DNA of 63,799 nt, counting the filler, from Choristocarpus tenellus KU-1152 (Eukaryota; Protista; Phaeophyceae): assembly GCA_964200185.2 (NCBI GenBank). It is 9 parts of 9 records of this genome, joined end to end, with 100 filler letters (N's around TTAATTAATTAA, not from the genome) between each part and the next. Parts side by side here need not be neighbours in the genome. Positions count along the whole stretch, not along the records: positions 36,533 to 41,187 come from CAXNAD020013607.1; positions 41,288 to 46,567 come from CAXNAD020011278.1; positions 46,668 to 60,387 come from CAXNAD020001398.1; 6 more parts are not named here. One strand, written 5' to 3'. Positions 39,087-51,400 of this stretch are shown in pieces; within the stretch, counting starts at the first letter, position 1; every line of letters begins with the position of its first letter. The translations under genes were made by a program, and so were the position numbers. A model generated the notes under the pieces. That model was not told the DNA's origin, did not search any database, and was given only the letters and a program-made list of their open reading frames with translations.

Positions 39087-40097
39087 ATGATGTTGTGGGC
39101 ATTGCCCTGGAACCATTCATACACTTTTGTGCTTGTAGGACTTGGAATTTTTTTGCTCATACAGGACATTGTTGTTCTCGTGAGGGCACTGATGTGCACC
39201 CTCAAGTCACGGATGTTGCAGTCACAGGTTAAGGGATTAGTGAGTAGAGGACTTGGAGGGGCTGGACTACTCCAAGCAGCCACCACATGTGTGGTGAAGA
39301 CCCAAGCCCTGCTGCAGGCTGGGGTAGATCCAGGGGTCATGGACCACTTTGGCAGCACACCACTTCATCTTGCAGTTATGTGGAGTTGTGATAAAAATGT
39401 AGGTGTTGTAGCAGCCCTCCTTGAAGCAGGGGCAGATCCTAGTGCCCTCAACAACAGTGCGCAAACACCCCTTCACCTTGCAGCTAGCTCACATCATAAT
39501 ACAGCCATTGACATTGTGTTGGCTCTCTTGAAGGCTGGGGCGAAACCAGAAGCTCTAGACAAGAATGCCAGGACACCTCTTCATCTGGCAGTCACTTCTT
39601 TCAGTTCATCAGCTGCTGCCGTTGTAGCAGCTCTTCTGAGTGCCGGAGCAGATCCAAGATGTGCAGACAACAAGTCACGGACACCACTTCACTTCGTCAT
39701 ACGCCCCAATATTACTACAGCCCTTCTACTTTCGGGAGCAGATCCACAAGCCCAGGATGAAGAAAATAATACACCACTACATCATGTGGCCTTCATTGGG
39801 TGTGATATATCTACCAGAGTGCTCATCACTATGGGGGCAGACATCAAGGCAAGAAATGTTTGGGGTCAGAGCCCTCTTCACATTGCCTGTTGGATGCTGA
39901 AAGTAAGTTGTGTAGAGCTGCTGCTGAAGTATGGAGCTGACAAGAGTGCAACATGTAGCGCTTGGGGGAGGACACCTGCCGGTTATGCACAAGCGCGCTT
40001 GATGGTAGCATCTGATGTTACCATGATAGAGGAAGTAGGCAGAATCTTGGTACTCCTGAATAGCTCACCTGTACTGAGAATTGCTAAAGATTCCTGA
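39087..40097 (+). CDS. Intronless ankyrin-repeat protein (about 6-7 repeats)
   Basis: 336-aa ORF with repeated TPLHLA...V.ALL.AGADP units. True start may be a downstream Met. Confidence 0.9.
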   Translation: MMLWALPWNHSYTFVLVGLGIFLLIQDIVVLVRALMCTLKSRMLQSQVKGLVSRGLGGAGLLQAATTCVVKTQALLQAGVDPGVMDHFGSTPLHLAVMWSCDKNVGVVAALLEAGADPSALNNSAQTPLHLAASSHHNTAIDIVLALLKAGAKPEALDKNARTPLHLAVTSFSSSAAAVVAALLSAGADPRCADNKSRTPLHFVIRPNITTALLLSGADPQAQDEENNTPLHHVAFIGCDISTRVLITMGADIKARNVWGQSPLHIACWMLKVSCVELLLKYGADKSATCSAWGRTPAGYAQARLMVASDVTMIEEVGRILVLLNSSPVLRIAKDS

Positions 40098-40231
40098 GAT
40101 TGAGGGATTGGCTAAAGGTAGTACCTTCTAAAAATGGAGAGGTAGATCCTTGAAGTTTAAGAGGAGCGAAAGAAAATGTGTGAAATTGTGTTCCAGTAGT
40201 CCTTTGATGGACACTGCACTCTCCTTGTTCT

Positions 40232-40430
40232 GAGTCAAACCAACTGAGAGGTAGGCGGGATTGCATTTTAGGGATGACGAGAAAGAGCAACAAGATGCTA
40301 TTTTGTACAAATGCAGAAGGAACTTTTGCTGGATTGTGGCGTCGCTTTGTATGTGGAAAGGGGGGATATCAATTTTGCGTACACTGCTGTGCACATATAG
40401 CAATGAAATAGAATACATTGCATAAGGTAA
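40232..40430 (+). mobile_element. MITE family D, right end missing
   Basis: GAGTCAAACCAACTGAGAGGTAGGCGGG, collinear with 58448-58650. Confidence 0.75.
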
Positions 40431-41187
40431 AAAATATATTGTGTGTGTAGTTGCAGACTTGATTAAGGCGCTGTGATACTTATGAGGATACTTGCTCCTT
40501 GGTCAGGAATCTAGTACGAAACGAGAGGATGTGACTCTGTAGGTGCGTATTGTGTTGGCAAAGTTCGTTTGGACTTTAGAGTGACAGAACGAAGCAAAAA
40601 GGTGGAAAGACCTGCGTCTCGTCTCCTTGCCGTTCACTGGGTCCTAACCTACATACACAATTTTGGCATATCATGTCTATTGGTCACAAGGAGGAACATA
40701 GAATCATGTTCATTATATAGCTTGCCTAATCATAGGTCTGTACATCATGTACTACCTCCAGTGCAATGCAGCGATAACAGTTACGAGTTGTACTCAAAGG
40801 TTGTAGTCTAAGTAAACTAAAATTCAGTGGAATACCCTACATTTTGAAACACACACCCTTTCAGTTATAAAATGGGGTAGCCAGAGCCAGTACCGAGGAG
40901 ATTGTGCAGAGAGGTTAAAAAAGGAAGACAAAGATCGACAGAGGAGAGGAGGATGTCCTGAATGCCGTGCAGCACAGAGTAAGAACGTGAGAAACGGGGC
41001 ACGGTTGCGTGCCTGGTGAGGTTTGCAGGGGCGAGGAAACTTGCACTCATCACTACTCTCTTCAGCTCACTAAAAGGGTAAAGGCCTGGCACGTATGTGG
41101 ACCCTAACGTGGGTGGATACCGTTGCATTGTCAATCAGGGAGATTTAACAGACGAGGAAGAAACCCTTGTATCGCTTTCTTCAATGC

Positions 41188-41287
41188 NNNNNNNNNNNNN
41201 NNNNNNNNNNNNNNNNNNNNNNNNNNNNNNNTTAATTAATTAANNNNNNNNNNNNNNNNNNNNNNNNNNNNNNNNNNNNNNNNNNNN
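41188..41287. other. Artificial contig linker
   Basis: N44-TTAATTAATTAA-N44. Confidence 0.98.
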
Positions 41288-42107
41288 TGCCATGATTTAC
41301 TCTAAGTGAAAGACGGGGGGAGGTGATCTGGAAAGATGTGTGCTCCGACTGATATGAAAACAGTGAGTCGTTCTTCACTGCGTCAGATACGTAGCTCTGG
41401 CATTCTGTAGGATTTGTCCTGAGCTTGTCCTGCAAAAGCCATTCTGACATGGAAACAGCTTCACGAAGCCTGCGACCTTCCATGGCAAGGCTTTCCTGCT
41501 GTTTAGACATCCAGTACTTCTCGAACCCAAACGGACGGCATTCGCCAGGTACATTGACTGCAGAAATCTCAACACCGTCACCAGTGCTGACCTGTTGTAT
41601 AGGGAAAGGAAAACAAACATTGAGTCATCTAGTTTGTGAGAGAAAGTTTGTCAAAGAACCGTTGAGAAAAAAACTCGGGTATGTGACCTTCCCACGAACT
41701 AGATACGGTATGGAACAGTTCAAATTGATTTGCGCTGAGTAGTAAAAACATGAAAACTCAGCTTTATACCTTGCTTGGCCTTGTCATCTTCTCGCCGTCG
41801 ATTATGACGGTCAAAGCTCCATCTGCAAGGCAGGTGTTGTCCGAGGGACATGAAATTTTCAAGTCGTGAGGATCGTTGACCATAATCTCCACTGTGTGCT
41901 TGTCTCCTTCCGCTCCACATAGAACAATACCCAAGCCCGTAATATATGTAATAACAGGCATATCAGGCAGTGCAGTGACGCGCATGTTGATAATATTGCA
42001 CTCTCCATCGTGCATGAGGTTGTAGACACCTTGGTCCTCTCCTGTGACATCGAACTTCTGCCCCGAGAAGCCTACCAGATGAGGATCTCCTACGACTTGA
42101 GGATTTG
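41288..42107 (-). CDS. GDPH-motif (VWD-like) domain protein of a brown-algal extracellular family, two exons visible
   Basis: Exon ~42107-41770 (GDPHLVGFSGQKFDVTGEDQGVYNL...CLADGALTVIIDG) joins in phase 0 to 41591-41288 (ISAVNVPGECRPFGFEKYW...QSEHTSFQI). Confidence 0.7.
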
Positions 42108-45100
42108 CTGTGGAGGTATTGCAGGATCAAAGAATGGTGTCTGTTGGCTAAGATGGACTATTTTTCATAACTGCACTCCTGGACAAAATATCAAGCAATT
42201 GTCACAAGCACATATGTATGAAAAGGATACGTCATTTTCAGTATCAATCAATTTCGATACACTTTACACTATTACATACCGCACTCCAGAGTATCAGGTC
42301 CAACGCAGGAGCCTGCGAAACAAATACAGTTATCAACAGCTCCACATGACTGTTAATGGGACACCACAGAAAGCAAGCGTTGAATAGAGGTTAATTTCCC
42401 AGCAAGTTGAAATAGGTTTTAGCTATGTGCACTACTCAACTACAATCCAAATCAATTTTTATGCGACAGTGTTTCCAACAAATCATATGGCGAGTGGACC
42501 ATAATTGATATAACAGGTATAAGCTAAAGTAGAATTGACACCTCTGTATGATCTTAATTCAATACTGAAATATGTCACAAAAGATGCAAAGTATCGAGTT
42601 TGCTCACCCTCCCGTTTGTAGTAGATGCTGCAATATTGCACGTCAAAGGTAACGCAAAGCCGGAGCAAGTACCGATGTTGGTCTCGCTGCACATGCTAGT
42701 TTCGGTAGAAACTGTGGACATGAAGCACTTGAGTGCAGGGGAGCAGAACGTTCCACATGCAGTGACAAAACAGGAAAATGTTGATTGAGGACAAGCAAAT
42801 ATTGGAAGCAGCTTCTTAAGTACTTGGTTCTCTATGGTTGAAGCGTAATACAGATTTTTAACATTGATAAGTGATGGTGTAGCTAGTTCGGTTTTGCCAT
42901 GGAGATTATGTCAAAACAGCGTAGTTTTCTAGTTCATTATGCCATCCATGATATTGTCATCAATTCTTTCCCCTTTAAACTTTACGCCGTTAACCAGCTT
43001 TGTAACAATGCACTTTCTACAAAGATGTCGAGGCTACTCCTATGGTGACAGCGACAAATAAACCTGAATCGTTTCTGAGATGTGCGCAATGCACCCATTG
43101 ACAAGCCCTATCAGAAGACCGACAGAAACATGTTCACATCACACCATTGACAACCGCGGACTAACCTCTTGAAATATGGTCGATGCATCCGAACCACAAT
43201 CTGCGAGCTGAGCGTGGGCATTGTGTACCAAAAACTGAAGGCAAACAATGAAGAAAGTGATGACTCGCAGAGCCACACCTGCGCTGAAAGTCATTTTTCC
43301 ACAAAAATCTGCCAAGATTGGAAAGGTAAGACAACATGCTTAGCTGTGTGGTATGTACCTTATTGTCCAGTAAGGTTGTGTGGAGTAAAATCTGAGAGTT
43401 GGTTGACGGCGGAGGCATACTTCGGCACCGCAAGAATTCAACATGAAGCCACGTATAACCCATGGGTTGATGAGTTAGAAGGTTAACAATATTTATGCAC
43501 TACAAGAGAGTTGATCGATCTGAACCACAACGTACATTGGTCGACGAATTTCCCAATTATCTCCAGCAAGCCTCTTTCCCGAAAGGAGGGTGGGTTGTGG
43601 AAAAGAGGTGGGTGATTTGATGTTGTGGTTATCTCGACCAAAATATTTGTATTTTTTCTTACGTTTTCTATTACATTTCCGATGTGTTTTTGGGGGGATT
43701 TATTTGCATGGTTTATTCATCTATTCTAAACACAAGAGTTATGACATAGAAAAAAGAAAACGCTCCCATTGTTATATTTTGTTCTGCATTCTCTAAATGA
43801 GTCTCCCAAGTAACAATATTGATATTTTTCTGTGTATATTTTCTATGTATATCATTTTCCTATATATGTACATTTATTGGAAATTTATTACTTTCTTTTC
43901 ATAGAAATATGAAATAAATCAGAAAACCCATATTGTAATATTTCCAAAAATGTAATTTGGTTGGTTGTAGTATATATATTGTTGTGTATGTAGTATCAAT
44001 CTTAAACCTTTTTGGAAAGGACAAGGGGTATCTGGAATGTTTTAACCATGGTAATGGTTCCAACTTCAAACTGGTAGGTTCAAGCATACACTATTACTTT
44101 TTTAGGTAGTATATATTCTTGATACATTTTAATACGAATACAAATATTTTCTGTTTTTTGTATATGAGAGAAATTGTAGAAATGTGTATATTCTTTATTG
44201 AGCTTTCACATATTCAAAAGTAATTCCCATACGACTTCTCGTCTGAGAACATAAACCAATATTTCGTTTTAATTTTACTTCATAAGGAACTGAGAGTAGG
44301 TGTTATGTCAATGACACACATTGATCTTCCCACTTGAAATTGCATCAAAAAAAATATGGTAGTATGGTAGATTGTGAATGAGAAGTATCGACCCCGTTCG
44401 GATCATTCATCACCAACACAAAGACAACGAAAAGGTGGGTGGTAGGTCTTTGGTGCTGTCAACCCATACGCATGAAGTACGCGCCAGGCTCTGTTCAAAT
44501 TGACGACCTGTGTACACGAACTTTGGACAAGCACTCCTATTTCCCTGGTGTTGTCTGCTACACCATGTAATTCCTCGTCCCTGTTCGACAGCGTTTCTCT
44601 GTTGTTTCGTACTGTCCACTTCCAGGTCCAGCCTTCGTCCCGATAACAAAAAATATGGCACCTATTCTAGATCATGCCTTTAAAGCTGCGGTTACGGTTA
44701 TGGGCATGCAGGTACTACTTCCATACTCTAACGGGCAAGTGACTACATGTGGCTCCACCTTCGATGAAGAGGTGGGCCTTCACGAGGGTGTGGTGTGTGC
44801 TCTTTGCTGAGTATTTGCACGCCCTGGAAGATCGAGTAATACTTCTTGTTGCGTTGAGAATGATTCAGATATTCATAGGTTGAGAAATTGGTCTAAGAGG
44901 GGCTTGTATGCCTGGGAAGAGTGCACGCTCTATTTGTTCGGTCATTTTGAGAGTTGACACTAACATGAGAAAGTCTAAATTGGGTGCATCTTTTCACGAA
45001 ATATATAGTATGCATTGTCACTTTTGCTGCTGAGGACTTGATAATCATCGAACAAGCCGCGAACGATATCTTCTTCCGTATTAAGTGAACATTTGTACCC

Positions 45101-46567
45101 ACTTGAAGTACATGTCATGTTGGTATAGCTCCATTCATCTTCCTTTTACGAAAACTGCACATTGGTAACAGTGCTCCGTCGCTCAAGTGGATATAGACTC
45201 CGGGTGCACCAGTGCTTCAGTTGGAGTCTGTCGGGGCTTCGACAGTCCGTTAACTTGTTTTGCAGACACCGTACTAGACACCAACGGAGAGGTGAGATAT
45301 TTGTCCTGGCAGGATTTTTTTTTCTGGTGAAGTCCCTTGTCTTAACAATGTGTTTGACATGGACTGGTTTTTATTTTAAATTGAAAAGTGAATGCACATG
45401 TACAATCCTTCTCTACAGCTGAAGCTGCTGGTACACTATGGGACAAAATGAACACTAGAGTGTTTTCAATTTTTTTAATAGAAATAATTGAAGCTTTCGG
45501 CACCCTGTGTTTCCTTGGTTCACTTCTTCAAAGTCTCGCCTGTGTTTGATTAACGTTAGCCAGGGAGAGCGTTTGTTACATGCGTAACTTATTGAAAATG
45601 AATACTTGAAAAATAAACCAACGGTATTTTTATATCTGCTTGCAAACACAGGATTGCGGTGCAGGTGCGGGAAATGATTGCATCTGCTTCCAGGGCGTCT
45701 GTTTTTCCATTGGTTTGGGTCTATGCGACAACCCTAAGACGTCTTCCTAGGCTGAGAGTACCTGGAGTCTCCACATTCACCTGATCAGCATGATCCGTCT
45801 TCAGATTTCGTGGTACATGATTGTATCATCTTAACGTTCACCTTCCAGTCTAGCACTGAGAGGAGTCGAGTTTAGTTCGATCTTGGAGCAGTGTGTGGTG
45901 TACATTCAACGGACGTACGAACTCGCTTGCAGGATATTCTTGAATATGTTCTGTCTTCTTAGTTAATGATGACCGTCAGATAGTTCTTACGCTCATTTTT
46001 TCTTGTGTGTTCACCTTTCTGTATTGTAGGTTATGTGATACCTTTTTGAGGATTGGAGGTGTTTTCATTGAACACCTAAGCATAGGTGTAAAGGAGAGGG
46101 CCAACTTTTAAAATTTTTATATTTGGTGTATATGAAGACAGGAACTTCAAATGCACTCTGCTGATACTCTCAACTATTGCTAATCTGAATGTAACAATAA
46201 ACATTTTGAGGGAAAAAATGTAAATAATTTCAAAATTATTTGGGTGATGTACAGCTTCATTATATCTCATACAACGACATGTAAGAGAAGTGATTGATAG
46301 CAACATAGTCTGCAAATAAAAAGCAAAAATGACGTGTCACTAGGTAAAATATAGTATGACCACGCCAATGGACACACATGAGATATATTTAGAAAATCGA
46401 AATTGTAATGCATCATTGTTGCTACATATGGAATTGTTCGACATGAAAGCAGCGAACATATGCCACAAAGAAATTTGTCGCAGGTGACATGCTCGGATAT
46501 CGGGGTGCATGCTGAGCAGCAACACACAAGTTGCGAAAGCATTGCCGATCTTGGCATAGATCTACAA

Positions 46568-46667
46568 NNNNNNNNNNNNNNNNNNNNNNNNNNNNNNNNN
46601 NNNNNNNNNNNTTAATTAATTAANNNNNNNNNNNNNNNNNNNNNNNNNNNNNNNNNNNNNNNNNNNN
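46568..46667. other. Artificial contig linker
   Basis: N44-TTAATTAATTAA-N44. Confidence 0.98.
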
Positions 46668-47957
46668 CACCCCCCCCCCCAGATACCCTGAGTCACACAA
46701 GTATCTGATATATTTGCTGAAGATGATGCGATATCAGCAAATTGAGTGACTACAAGTAATTTTGAGTATTTTGCTACCCTTATATAAACAAAAAAATTGT
46801 GAAACTTCTCCACATGAAAATATGCGTCGACAAGTGTGTGTAGACTGAATGTTCGAACAGGACAGAGGACAGTTTAAGCACTGGAGCATCATCGAGTCAC
46901 AACCCTATGTTTACAACACTGCAGAATCACCTAACCCTAACCCTATGTTTACAACACTGCAGAATCACCTAACCCTAGCATAACTCCATTTTTTCTTGTT
47001 ATATGGTGCTTCTGTGAGAAAATCTGTTAGTAGGCAACAGCAGTAGAACCAAAATATGTTCTCACATGAGATGTGGGATCTGTATTGTTAGTCAGTATGT
47101 CTTTGAGAACAACCTCTAAGAAAAAATGTATCTCAGCATCTTACCAATTCCCATGGGTTTCCAGTCAATGAGGTGTTCTGCTTTTCCACTGCAATAGAAG
47201 AGGAGGCACCACAATTGTCAGATCTTGGGAGGGATACCTTGTCAGGACAGCAAATTATTGAACAGATGGAGAGGGTCTATTGGTTGGATATTACAACCAC
47301 CTTTTGCATACTACATACAGGAGGAAAAAAATAACCCTAAGCCTAAACCTATCCCAAATCCTAACCACGATTCTAAACCTTTTGTGCTGAGGACAGTGCT
47401 ATCCTTCTATTAGTAGTATGCTCCAACAACTGAAGTGGTTAGTATGTCTATGGACGAGGACTGTAGAGTCATTTCCATTACTTATTTTTCTCCTAGGAAT
47501 TGATTTGTAGTCCTTTTCTAATGTGATTGGATTGGCACATTGTATACAGCCAAGGCACCTGATCAGAATTTTTCTTCAAAAATTGTCACGACTTCCCACA
47601 CTCAACATCACTCAAATTGAACACAGCCTTGCCTCATCCCTTTCAGCAAGGTGATGAGATAATGATTGACAGCTAGAGGTGAGGACTATCCTCCAAACAT
47701 ATTTCTAATCCTGACTTGGTGATCAAATATCCTACTTTCCCTTTGGTGAGGATACACTGAAACAAGTAGTGAGGAAAGCTCGTCATGTTGACATTGTAGT
47801 TGACCATTCCATCTCCTCTCAGCAAGACATTGGTTGATCTACCCTCATACTATGAAACAGTACCCTACCAACAGGTACTACTGGATGGAAAGATTTGTCT
47901 TCCTACCAAATATGTGGAGGATCACATCAACTTGGAGGATCACATCAACTTCATGGC

Positions 47958-48222
47958 GAGCCAAAGTATCTTAGAGGGTAGAACCGCGTCCATTTGGGGA
48001 CCAAAATCTAATGTTGCGATTTGAATGTAATTTTTACTATGATATATCATGTTTGTTAGGAAGTGTCAATATCCTTGTTCAGACACACCTTTTCATGACG
48101 TACACATTTCAACTACTCCAAAACATTTTGAGGTAGGAAAATGCCATTAAAAAAGCTGTGGGAAGCCAAGCCCTAAACACACTTACAGGGCAAAACTCGT
48201 ACCCTCTAAGTTACTTTTACTC
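47958..48222 (+). mobile_element. MITE family A
   Basis: Both TIRs present. TSD TGGC. Confidence 0.9.
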
Positions 48223-48499
48223 TGGCACGAACAGACACTACTGCTTCTCTGGGTCGCATTTTTTTTTCATGGTACTGCAAACCCTAAACCTAACACTGAC
48301 CATAACCCTAACCCTAACCCTAACCTAACACTGACCATAACCCTAACCCTAAACCTAACACTGTCCATAACCCTAACCCTAATCCTTGGTGGTATGCTGA
48401 CCACGTACAAACATCAAAAATTTACAGTAAATCCTCTATGCTCGTGGAGTCCTTCTAATCCTCCACCCCATTTATGGTATGTCTCACAACTCCACCTAA

Positions 48500-51400
48500 C
48501 CTGGAAATCTGACTGATCTTCTTGGATGACAGGGTTGTCCCTTCGTGAATCAAGTATAGTCTGGAGCATGATGTTCTCATCCTCCTCCCCTACAATTCTC
48601 TTCTTTTCCTCTGGAAAGGTAGCCTCTGTAGGTTCCTGGCAGTGGTACCGTACAAATGATAAGCATATGAGGAGATTGAGGACACAATAACTGGGTTGTG
48701 ACCTTTCTTCATCAGCACCCACTGGGGATGTCCCGGTCCCTTGTTGAAATGTGTGATGAGAACCTTATGATTTGGAACAATTGTACTGAGCACCTCCTTG
48801 ATAGTAGAGGAGGAACATGGTCGTTCTAGGTAAAGTTAAGGTGCAATAAGTGAGAGTGTTGTGTATGGGTTAAGGTGCATAGCAAACCCACTCATTCTCC
48901 ATAGCTAACTACTGTCTCATTCTCCATAGCTAACTACTGTCTCATTCTCCATAGCTAACTACTGTGTCTCATTCTGATTTTTTCATCGATTGTCAAATGT
49001 ATGGCTTGCAGTCTGCTATTTTCAAGGAATCTCACAATCTGACTTCTTTCCTTGCGCAGAAAGCTAGGGTAACCCAAGTCCTAGCCCTGTCAAGGTTTTG
49101 ACTTCACCAAAAACAATCAACAATAGCAACAGCAACAGCACAACAAATGAACCTTGAGCAATATCAGACTCAAATAGTCATAGCAAGGTCAACTCTGTAA
49201 ATATTTGGACTTGGTACTCAGCAGCACCAAGGGAGGCTAAATCCAAGATTGAGGTCTACTTGTGCAAAGTACTTTAAGAAAGAAAACAGAACACGGATTC
49301 GTCAGGTACCTCAGAGGCCTAGATACTTTTGAAATGTCCATGGATGGGTTAGTTCATTATTTGCAGAGAGACCCGCCTATCCCACAAACCGATCGAATGT
49401 ATCTGTGCATGTGTAACCCTAACCCTAACCCTAACCCTAACCGATAAGTGTAGATTAGTGTACAACCTTTCCTGTACTAACCCTAACCCTAATACCCTGA
49501 TAAGTGTAGATTAGTGTACAACTTTTTTTAAATACAATGTGCTACAATGCATTACCAAGTACAACCACTGAGCTGAAGTAAACGAGGGGTACCCAGATTT
49601 CAACCTTTTTTTTTTCATTTAAACTTGTTCTTTTTTTTTCTTTTTTTTACAATTCACCCATATTTTTATTATTTCTATGGATGAAGTTCTAAGATAGACT
49701 TGAGAGCGTTTATTTCTCTACTGTTTGAAAATTCCTGACATAATTAAAAAAATATCCTACGTGCTTTTATTATGATTTGAAAATTCCTGACATAATTAAA
49801 AAAATATCCTACGCGCTTTTATTATGATATGTCGAATTTTCCACATATTTGTCAGCACCCTTAAAATGCAACTCTGGGTATCTCTCATGCATTGACTTAG
49901 GGTTAGGGTTAGGGTTAGACTCACTGACAAGGTTCAATTTTCTAAACAGGATACATGAAAATCCTTTTGTCCTGGCCATAGAACTCTTTCTCATGCCATC
50001 CATGTCATGTGTCCAAGTCTAATATGTGGGACAGATGATGATCTTTGTTTAGTACCCCTATTCTCTAGCCTCCAGGTTGGAGTCATTAGCCTAACGCCAA
50101 TCCAAACTTCGCCTTATGTAGGCTATGTAGAGACAAAGACCATAGATTTGATATCTACTGCTCAATCCCAATGTTCTAACACCTTCCATAGTACCTTAGC
50201 TGAACAAACAAACTGTCCATCTCGCTACATGATCTAACCCTCAACCCTCTAAGAAAGTGGTTAGATCATGTTTTGCAGGCCCAAAATACTCCCATCGATC
50301 TGTAGAAATATGATAGCACAAGTGGAATATATCAATCTGATATAGACGATAAATACAGAAGGATCTGAAACTTGGCGCACAGACATGCACCGCCTCCCCA
50401 AGAAGTCAAAACCTACACCTGCAGTCAGGACAACCCAAAAAGTCAATTATACCCGAGTACAACCCTGCAAGGTGTGATATCACATACATCACATACATCA
50501 CATGGTTATGTACTAATTGTTTTGCCATGACATCACATGGTTATGTACTAATTGTTTTGTCATGACATCACATGGTTATGTACTAATTGTTTTGTCATGA
50601 CATCACATGGTTATGTACTAGTTGTTTTGTCATGACATCACATGGTTATGTACTAGTTGTTTTGTCATGACATCACATGGTGTCCTCTATAATGCATGTA
50701 CTAATTGTTTTCTGTCATCATGAATTCTCCAGGACAGAAATCGAATACTAGAACCTCTTTGGTGACATAACAGTTAGTGATGTAGTTAAACAGTTAGTGA
50801 TGTAGTTAAACAGGCATGAGGGCATTCCTCCGTCATTGGAGTATGAAATGGGAGATTTACCGAGTTAAGGTGGTTGATTGTGGTACTAACCCCAACCCTC
50901 TGACCTTAACCCAGAGGATGATTTGGAGGAAATTGGTGAATCGGACAGGACGTCGCAAATTTGGGAGATTACCAATATTAAAAAATATATAGATTGTGAC
51001 ATATTTGGAAAGAAATTGAGAGGGGCTACAACTAGGTCCGCTGTATCCAACAGACTAGTCCTAACCCGGGCCCTAACCATAGGAGTCATACTTCAAAGTA
51101 CTCCATTTTGCAATTGTATATATTTAATGGCACCCTAACCCTAACCCTAACCCTAACCCTAACACGAATGGTACCATAAACTGAGTACTCTCCATGCATG
51201 TGATACGGCATCATTTACCTCAATTTTTTCTTCCTCTTTCAGATTGTCGTTCTCCTCTTTCTCCTTTGGCTCATCAACATCATCCAGAAGTGGCCCGGCG
51301 TTGGACCTTTTTGCATGCAATGCCTCCATATTTTCCAGATTCTGAATTGAGTATGTAAGGGTGAGCTAGAATATTGTAAAGGAAAGGTTGGAGTGAGGTG

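Noticed and set aside
42400-46560. Many short ORFs
   Set aside because: No recognisable domains or consistent splice chain
50496-50681. CRISPR-like periodicity
   Set aside because: Head-to-tail repeats with no unique spacers and no cas genes; eukaryotic intron
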